A stretch of DNA of 64,000 nucleotides. It comes from Chrysomallon squamiferum. Lineage: Eukaryota > Animalia > Mollusca. A program made the translations under genes and the position numbers. Below the pieces are notes generated by a model. It saw only the letters and a program-made list of their open reading frames with translations. It was not told the origin of the DNA and did not search any database. Every line of letters begins with the position of its first letter. Position 1 is the stretch's first letter. Where the stretch lies: contig CM022670.1 in the NCBI GenBank assembly GCA_012295275.1, positions 16,368,001-16,432,000 of the forward strand. Reading direction: 5' to 3'. Below are positions 39,376 through 64,000 of this stretch, piece by piece.

Positions 39376-42300
39376 AAAAAAACCTCATGTGAAAACAATC
39401 TGCTGCTCTGTATTCACTGAAGAAATGTAGATATGATAAAACCCACACAAACCAGGAGACACAATAAACTTGAAGATGAGACTAAATACAGCTAGCTTCA
39501 CGCTTGCCAGTGTAAATCAGTGGGTTATTTTCCAGTTTGCTCACATTTCATACGGTGCTGTGTTGTTCTTTATAACTGAAAGTCTGGATATCGCCAAAAC
39601 AAAGTGCCCAGGCTAACTGACAGACTCTCTTTGTCTCTTTGTATTATTGTAAAAAAAATAAAGAAGTTTTTTTTTTTTTTTTCTTTTTGCACATTGTTGG
39701 GGCAGGATCCCAAAGAAATTATTTTATTACCTTAGCCTAAGCAACAAAAGAGAGAAAAAAAAAAAAAGCTGAAGCAATGTTATCCCTACAGTTCAGGTAT
39801 TACATTTCATTTCCACTTTTTATTTTTTTTTTAAATATATATGGTCACTTGACTTGTAGCAATGTGATAAATAATGCTGTTATTATTCATATGGGTTAAA
39901 TTTGCTATCAGTATACATGGGAAAATAGTACACTAAATGTGACATAATTGACTGTTTGTCCCATTATTATTTTTTTAATTACTGTTTTGTTTTTTGTAGA
40001 TCATAAAACATATAAGCAACTCGTGGATTAATATTTGTATATACTTGGGATATTTTATTGTTACAAAAATCTTCATGGTTGCATAAATACGTATAATAAT
40101 TTTTAAATAAAAGCTTACTTTCACTGTGATGTCACAAATATTAAAACTTTCTTACATGGCTTTAAGCTGACATTGCCATTAGGTCAGTGAACTTTGTTTT
40201 ATGTCCTGTTAAAACTAACAGACGAAGTACTTGAATGTCAAGTGTGTATTGTAATGATTTATTGATAAATATTTATTTCAAATGTTTCATGTGATATGAA
40301 CACATCATTGGGACTGTTTAAGGATATGTGAACCACTAGATTTAACTGACAAAAGATGGAAATGGCATTTAAAAATGAAACATTGTGTTGTGGTTAAAGA
40401 CATTATGAGACAAAAACGGAATACGATCATTTTATAGTGATAAGAAAAATGAAAATGTGTGTTTAATCTTTTAAATGCTTAGTCATTCAGTAATAAACCC
40501 TGAAATTAGCTCTAACATTTCTGACTGTTTACACAATTTGGGTTTTTTCTATATTCTGTAATAAAAGAATTGATATATATATATATATATATAAAAAACA
40601 AATATTTGCTAACTCAAATTATGATCTCTCTGAAAATATTGTTTAAAACAAGCAGCAATCATGATAAAAGATTTTTTTTTTTAGGCAATAATAAAAAGTT
40701 ATGGATTTTTAAATTTTTTAAATTTCAGATATCATGATCTCTCTGTGATTTTATCAGTAAATTACATGTAATTAAATGTACTTTAAAAAGTATCCATAAT
40801 ATAATTATGCACTTTACAGAATGTTATTATGCAATAACTGCAAAGACTTTTGAATCAAGTGGAAAATTGTTCATTTTCCTGTTAAATACTTGAGAGAAAA
40901 CGTAGGTGTGGATATTTTTATTTTTTATTTTTTGTATGCACTGAAAATTAATTAAGCTTTTGTGAATTAAAACTGTACTGCGTAAGCTTGATGAAGAATA
41001 CCTCTCATGGAAATTTATTCATAAAATTATAATTAGTTATTAATATGCTTGATAATTTGTGACAGAAATAGATTCAAGCACACATTTTTTTTATAGATAT
41101 TTATTTTATTTTATTTTTTTTACAAAATATTTTTGTAAATATAACTGAAAGATTTTGTCTCTTCTTACATTAATCTTTAAAACAACATATTTCTGAGATT
41201 ATAACGTGATTTAGTACTGTTTATTATATACTGCTTTTGGGAAATAAATTCATTTACCAAAATAGCTCATTTTCATGCAAACTGCATTTCACTGTCACTG
41301 GTTTTTGATTTTCATTGCAGAATGATTATTTCCCTCTCACCAAGTTAACAGGCAGCTTCAAAGGCTTCAGTTAAAATTTCAGATACTGCTATAAATTTAA
41401 ATATTTTCATTTCACTGAATAATTTAAAAAAAAGAAAAGAAAATATAGTTACGAATTTCTAATAATTGCAAGTACATTTTATAGAAATATTATATAGAAT
41501 TTTAACTTTTGAGGAATACATGAGTAATATGGTTATTCTTAAAAACCTTTGTTGAAAAACGAGAACTAAACAGGTAAATCTTAAAACCAGAACAGTAAAA
41601 TTACTGAGAGCCTGCACTTTTTTATTATTGTTATTATTATTTTTTTTATATAAAACATTGCACTATTTTTCATCATTGTAATTATTTGTTTTTGAAATTT
41701 TTATTTTCTTTTTTAGTCATTCTGATTTATTACATATTTATTTACTGCATTTAAATTTCATAACTGCTTTAACCTTAGGGTTTACATCATTTCTTTTGTA
41801 TATACGAACACTCTTTAAAATGATCATGAACAAATCTGTATGAAAAAAAAAAAAAAAAAAGAAATGGAAAAATGATTTTAAAAAAAAGGAAAAAAGCCCA
41901 TTTGTTATAGTTGTTATTGTGTATATAAAGGCACAGTGGGAAAATATTTTTGGATGTGATATCCAAGGATAAATTAATCATCAACTGATTGATACAAATT
42001 TAGGTTTGCATATAGCATTATCTAAATATTTAAAAAAATACAGAACAGGTAAAGTACTTACAAAAACTCAAATGCATCTTAATATATGATAAAATTTACG
42101 CTTTTCTATTTTGCTGCAAGTGGTTGCTTTTTAAAAGCAAATATATATATATAAAAAAAATAAAAAAAAAATGTCTAAAAGTTATAGTTACTAAAGTGTG
42201 CCTTTGGTGATATGAATAAATGGTCTAAATAAATTCTTTGTACTTATTTTGTTTGTTTAGGGCAATTTACATGGCTGATAACAAAATGAAATAATATTGT

Positions 42301-42415
42301 TTAAAAACAGATGAACCGTGCTATTACTATATTTCTTAAGATGTGGTTTGAAATTTAAAAAAAAATTAAACTAAAAAAATAATAATAATACAAAAATAAA
42401 TAAAAGCAAATTGAG

Positions 42416-42446
<31 letters not shown>

Positions 42447-45400
42447 CGGCTTTTGTTAGCTGATCTGATTTTCTAATTTGTTAATTTTAGTATATTTACA
42501 AACGTATGTGTGTATTGAAATTAAAATCAAATTTATATTCATAAAAATAGTTTATTTTGTGTATGTTACCATTTTCCTTCACTTCCTCCAGCAATTACAT
42601 TAGCTGCATTCACTCATGTCACAGAAAAATGGGGGAGGCTAGGTCATTTAAAAGGTTAATATTCTGAAAACATGTAGTTATTATAAAAACCATCTTATAT
42701 ATGAACTGCTCATTTAAAGCAATGGTTCAAGAGTGTCCAGTTTCTTTCTTTACCAGAAACATGCAAGAACACACACACACATTTTTATTTTTATTTATTA
42801 TATATTTAATAATAATCATTTTAACAAATTTAGAAAATTAAGAGTATTGTAACTTAGTCTTGAAATCTTAAAACATGTTTGTAAGAATAAAATATTTTTC
42901 AATGTTTGAAGAATTGTACGAGCTGGTTTCAAAAGTTTTACAATCATTGAAAACTGGCAGCACTTTGATATTTTATGAATTTACTCATTATACTTTATTG
43001 CTATTGGGAGGTGAAAATGACTTGGAAGTATGAAAAATGTTACTGGACTATTTGTTCATGTCATCACAGTTACCATTTAACTGAAGCACAAATTTGAAAT
43101 GACCGCTCAAATATAATTGTTTGTATATAATACATAATATGGCTTTTGTATTTCTCTTATAACTTTATTTTTAAATATCTTCCAGGCTCTTATACTTCGA
43201 TAGCTGAACTTTCCTTTGTAAAATAATAATAAGAGAGAGGGAACCTCTTTAAAAAGAGAGATGAAAAGTGTAATTGTTTTATTACTGTAACAAAGTGTAA
43301 TGTTTTATTTTATTTATTTACTGCTTTTAATAAAAGTATAAAATAACATCCTAATGAATCCAGTTTAATTTCTGAGGCATAAAAACAGTACAAAACAAAA
43401 CTAAATAAATATTATTGAAAATAAACATGTCAACTATGTTGGCAGTTAACCAAATCTGAGGAAGATTATTTGAACGGTATTCAACATGATGTATTTGAAA
43501 ACTAACAACAACCCCTTATTAAGGTTAGAATACCAGCATAGATACTGTGAGGTACTTCAGCAATGGTTTTATAACATTAAATACAGTAATCAGAAATACA
43601 TTTTATTAGAAAAAAAGAAATTTCATCAAATTACAAATACATTTGACTATTCATGAAATGACCTGGGAAGAATCTAACAAGTTTCTTGAACTCAGATTTT
43701 ACAAAATGTGAAACTAGTGAGATTAGCTTTCTATTTTACAGATGTTATAATCCCTCCTTTTAATACATACTTGTAACTTAATAAAATGAATAGATGAAAA
43801 TGTTTTGAATATTTAAATTATATTTCAGCTTATTAGGTTCTTCCACAAACTCAGGATCATTTAACTTCTGCTGACAAAACAATGCAAACCAATCAGATAT
43901 AAACTACTAATTGATACAGTTTAAAAATAAGCACACAAAGCTATCAAAGAGAATTACTTTAAAAAGCTAAGGTACACCTGTGGTAATGGATGTGTAATTT
44001 TAAAAAACAACATTAACTCAGTCTTACAAACAAAAATTAACAATGATTCATTACAAAATCTTAATTATATACACATATTTAACATGTTCTTTGGATTTGC
44101 AGATAACACTTGTTACACATAAAATATCTGAATGGAAGTAATGTCATCAGAGCCACCTGGAACATAACATACATTTCTTAATGAAAAACAGCCCGATAAA
44201 AAACAACTTTAATCCAACCTTCAGTTTATCAGTGTGTAAATTAATTTGCCTTTTTCAGAAAGAATCAACAAAATTGTCTTTTTTTTAGTCAAAAGGCCCC
44301 AAAGCAGCATTCCCCTCAATCTATAAGCAATTTTACTGGAATGTTCAAAATTGCAAACATCCAAACTTTAATTTTTGATTTTTATTTCAGCATATTATTT
44401 TTTTTCTCTCCTAATAATGTTATGTACAGTGTTATCTGCTGACAAATATTTTAAATTAACAAAATTCTAAATGTAAAAAAAAAGAAAAAAAAAAGGTTTC
44501 AGTTATAAAAATTTAAGAAACAGTCTGGCTAACCAGGCCTGACCAAGACAGTTTATACAACTAAAGTTTAAGTTGCATCCTGTACCAGGCAGCATGTAGT
44601 TTTATACAAAATCAGTTATAAAAGCCCTAATGAATAAAAATCTTTTTTTTTGTAATATTAACTTATAAACAAATACTCTTATAATCATTTTATGGTAGAT
44701 ATACAGAAGAATATTAATGTTAACAACAAAAATGACTCTGTTCTGAAACCACGTTCTTGGACTGAAGTATCTACAATTATATTACAATGTCTTCAATTCT
44801 GCATGAAGATCTTGCCTGTTACATCTCATTAGTTTTTTTGGTTTTATTATTTTCTTTTTTTACTTTTTCAATGCTCCATGGGTAAACATCTTACCTTTAG
44901 ATATAGGAAGTAAAGGTGCTTGCATATCCTGCATAGAGGAATAAATGCTAAACCTTTTCTTTTGACAAACATCAAGCTTTAGAGACGGTAAGGTTCTTCA
45001 AATAACATTCAGATCATTTAAATGAACCTTTGGCAACACATTTACCTGGTCAAAAAATCAGTAATTATCCTTCCATGTTATTCTACTTATCTGAGCAAAC
45101 CTAAATAATACAAAAGAATAACAATAAAATGTGACTAACTGGGGCAAGAGTTAGTGCCCCAAAATCATTTCCACATTTATGTTTTCTTCTCCATTTGGGG
45201 GGGGGGGTTAAGTCTATTGAATCTGGACATCATCAACAGTTCATTTTTTAAGTCTCACTCAAGACGGATGTCACAAAAAGAAAGGCAAAACTGTAGTCAT
45301 GTATGTGATCATTGTGATTTCCATTTTAACAGCCTGTTCAAAGCAGAACTATCAGTGTTTGCTGCCATTAACACCGACTTGATCACATCTTTAAAAAACT

Positions 45401-45523
45401 AGATTGAACTGCGGATCTAAAATCATCAGGAAACGGTTTCCAATTAAAAATATTTCTTCCTCAACAGATTTTTTTATCTCTGTTTTACCAAAACATTTAA
45501 GTACTGCATTAGTTGAATCATAA

Positions 45524-45583
45524 TTATTTATTTGGTGGACTGCCCAGCTCTTTTTCCAGTGGTGTTATTACAAGCATATCGGA
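45524..45583 (-). CDS. KDM4: Possible alternative terminal exon of KDM4
   Basis: Acceptor tttatttcag|TCC resembles that of the 46661 terminal exon (tgtttcag|TCC). The phase-0 reading is SDMLVITPLEKELGSPPNK*. Confidence 0.3.
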   Translation of the reverse strand, partial: SDMLVITPLEKELGSPPNK

Positions 45584-46553
45584 CTGAAATAAACTAAGCC
45601 TAATCAGACTACCACCTAATTGATTATATCACACTACAATACAGACAAATGACAGCACCTATGTTATTTTATTGTTAATGTTGTATTTGGTGGTAAGCTA
45701 AGATTGGTCAAATAAAAATAAAGGGACTTTTAACAAAAAATATAAGTAACATATTTTGAAGAAATAGTCTGATCTCCATAAAATTTTGTTTTCAACATTT
45801 TATTTACATTTGAAATTCCTACTGCTTTAGTGAAATGCCTGAAGCTAAAAACATGCAATTCACTTTTCTTCCACGTTGTATTGTAAAATATGTAAGAAAA
45901 ATCAATAGTTGAATGTTGGGTATTTCATAATTTGTCATTGTATCAACACTTTTACCATAACAAACAATGGGTACAAAAACAATGTTGAAACTTTGATGTA
46001 TAATGATATATATATATATATATATATATAGACCGTACTCTTAATCTTTGTGTATGTTAATACACAACACAAGTAAAGAAAAACATATATGAATGTATAT
46101 ACAGAAACATTCTGATGATGTTTTGTTCCTTTAGGTATCTTCATCTCTGGAACTAGATTTAGTTATTTGAAAAAAAAAACACAAAAAAAAACACAACGAA
46201 AAGAAAGTCACAAAAAGTCACAATATTTATATATCCATAAAAAAGTTTGCATGTATGTATATCTGTAAGAATTTATGTAAACATGTGAGTATATGTGTGC
46301 ACAAACTCACACACAAACATATATGTGAACATAACATATGAAAGTAATGTACATATATACATATTCTTATGTTCTTGCAGATTACAGCACACAACAGTAT
46401 TTTATTACACATCCTCTGGGAAATCAACTGATCATACAAGATGTGAATAGTGAGCAGTAAAAACTGCCGTTTGATAATTTAAAATATTTTTGTTATTTTT
46501 CAAAACCCAATAAATAAATAGCCACAAGTTGATGAACTGTCACACCAGACTGC

Positions 46554-61862
<15,309 letters not shown>

Positions 61863-64000
61863 TTTTTCATCAAATTAACAAAATTAGCACCTTGAACCAA
61901 AAAAATAAAAAATAAAATAAAATAAATTAATATAGTGCAAAAACAATTATTAAATATATATATATATATATATATATACTAAAACTGGAATGTCTATAAC
62001 CCATTTTTCACTGCAGTCATACTTATTTAAACTGTAAGTTATGGCAATTAAAGTATAGTTTCAAATAACTGGAAACAATGTCTATATTTGACTTGGGGAA
62101 AAATGGTTTAAGTGTGTGTATATATTATATAAAGTTTCAAAATGTAGCTTGATGGCTTATTATTTTTTTAAACTTGTTCCTGGTTAAAAGACAGTGCCTC
62201 TGATGATGAAAAAGCAGTTCTACTTGAAAAGTTCTGTCCTGCTCTTGATGGTAAACCAAAGAATGGACAGGTCTTCCTGTTCTACCTAGAAAGCCAATGC
62301 TTATTTGTGAGACAAATGAAGCTGTTGTGCTAATATTGGGTGTTCCATGACACTTTCTTTGTGGACAAAAGACTAGGGAAGTTAAAATGATTAGGTTTTA
62401 GATGCTCAGACAAAAAAAAGATTGATAAAGTATTTGTAAATCTCCCTGTTTTAGTTGTGACTAACACTTTCAGCTCCTATAAACCTACTAACAGAAACCC
62501 AAGTAGAAATCTGTATAGTACTACACAAGGAATATCGTCATTAAAACCTTAGGAACTAAAAGTAAGTTATAGAAAAAAGTATGTTAATCCAATGGTGTTG
62601 AGACAAAGTAAAATGTTTAATCAGTTATAAGAAGAAAACATCTATACATGTACTTTCAACTTGAACTGCTAGGGCAAGATTCAGCATACCTAACATTTCT
62701 GTAAAATTGATCTATGCTTTATTAATATCTTACTGTTCTTTGGCAAGTTATGTTCAAAACAAATAAGACAATTAAAAAATGAAAAGACTGGTGTTGAAAA
62801 AATTGAAAAGCAGGTCAATAACAGTCTACAAGATAAATAGAGTTGGAAATTTCTTTAAAGCAAATAAAATAAAGGATCCTCATCAATCAATCTCAGACTG
62901 ATGATGCCATTAACACTGCAGGTAGAAAGAATAATTTAAAAAAAAAAAAAAAAAAAAAAACAACAACAACCTGTTAGAATATTGGTGACAGTTCAAAAAA
63001 TGAGATGAATTCAGTACTATGTGGGATCAATAGTGGTAAAATGCCAAGAATTTTTGCTAAAGGAATAACTGATGAAACAAGGAAGAAAATGGTTCAACTG
63101 ATATCCAAATTCACATTCATTGGTTATATCCAAAAAGGACAAGAAAAAGAGCTGGTGTTAATGTGTTTGATTCAAGGTGGTACATAAATGTACTACTACA
63201 AAGAATGATACTATTTTTTTCTCTTAATAAGTTTTAAAACTAAGAAGACAACAATATTTATACTGATGATTGTGAAAAAGAGGTATCATCACAAAAAAAG
63301 GAGTTTTCTATTACACGTAGAAGACCTATGGAGTTGTCACCACCAGTGGTGAAGCATCACCCAACAGCAACAAAGGAGTTGTATTATGAGACAACTTTAT
63401 TAAGTGACAAAATGTCATTACACCTTTACTGAATGATCATTAAGTATTATATTAACTATTTATTTGCTATGCATGTCACTGCAAAACAATCATAAAATGT
63501 AACAAAATGATTTTTGGAATTTAAAATATAAAATATAAAAGAGAAGAGTTAAAAGATGACCGTATATTGACATTCCTTGCTTCCAAATATCATGTGTGTC
63601 ACATTCATTTATACAAGTAAATAATTTCAAAAATAATAGTATGGATTTTTTTTACATATATATCATTTATATTAAATAGGATCAATTTTCAATTGAAATT
63701 AAGTGTTTAGCAAGTAACTTTTTTTTTTTTGCTTTCAAAAAAGCTGTGAAACTATTTTTATTTAACAATTTTAAATTTATATAACTATATAATATGTTGG
63801 GGGTTTTTTTGGTTTGTTTTTGTTATTTTGTTGTAATGTGTATTATCTAGTCCTGTCACATATTTGCCATTTTAATTTTAGTCCAATTCATCATATGCCA
63901 TATATCTATTATCCTTTTCCTCAGGAACAATTTGGAAATAAATGTTTTCACCTTACTGCATTATCCTGGCTTTTAAATACATTTACATACTTCAATATTA

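Noticed and set aside
62150-63460. GC-richer block upstream of the KDM4 ATG exon with fragmentary ORFs
   Set aside because: Probably an old TE relic, but no diagnostic motif or termini could be read. The KDM4 non-coding first exon could not be located.

Overview
Strongly AT-rich, intron-rich animal genomic DNA. A lophotrochozoan/mollusc-like host is inferred from composition and gene structure, not proven. Four protein-coding genes can be reconstructed by hand from GT-AG exons: (1) the terminal exon of an ankyrin-repeat gene (+, 338-469); (2) syntenin/SDCBP (-, 7 coding exons, 304 aa); (3) head-to-head with it, a PHACTR phosphatase-and-actin regulator (+, 13 core exons, ~600 aa, with candidate alternative first exons and a 39-nt cassette exon); (4) tail-to-tail with PHACTR, a KDM4/JMJD2 histone demethylase (-, 17 coding exons, ~1,674 aa) with a 2.45-kb internal exon and an apparent +1 frameshift in the JmjC domain. 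Introns hold an L2/CR1-type LINE relic, two TTAA-flanked Kolobok-like MITEs, decayed TE-like ORFs, a 79-bp near-perfect palindrome and microsatellites. The most striking pattern is that at least five tandem duplications or minisatellites, in all three complete genes, are anchored on exon-intron junctions and multiply splice-site sequence. The largest has ~31 copies of a 29-nt unit carrying both an acceptor and a donor consensus. No RNA genes or CRISPR arrays were seen.
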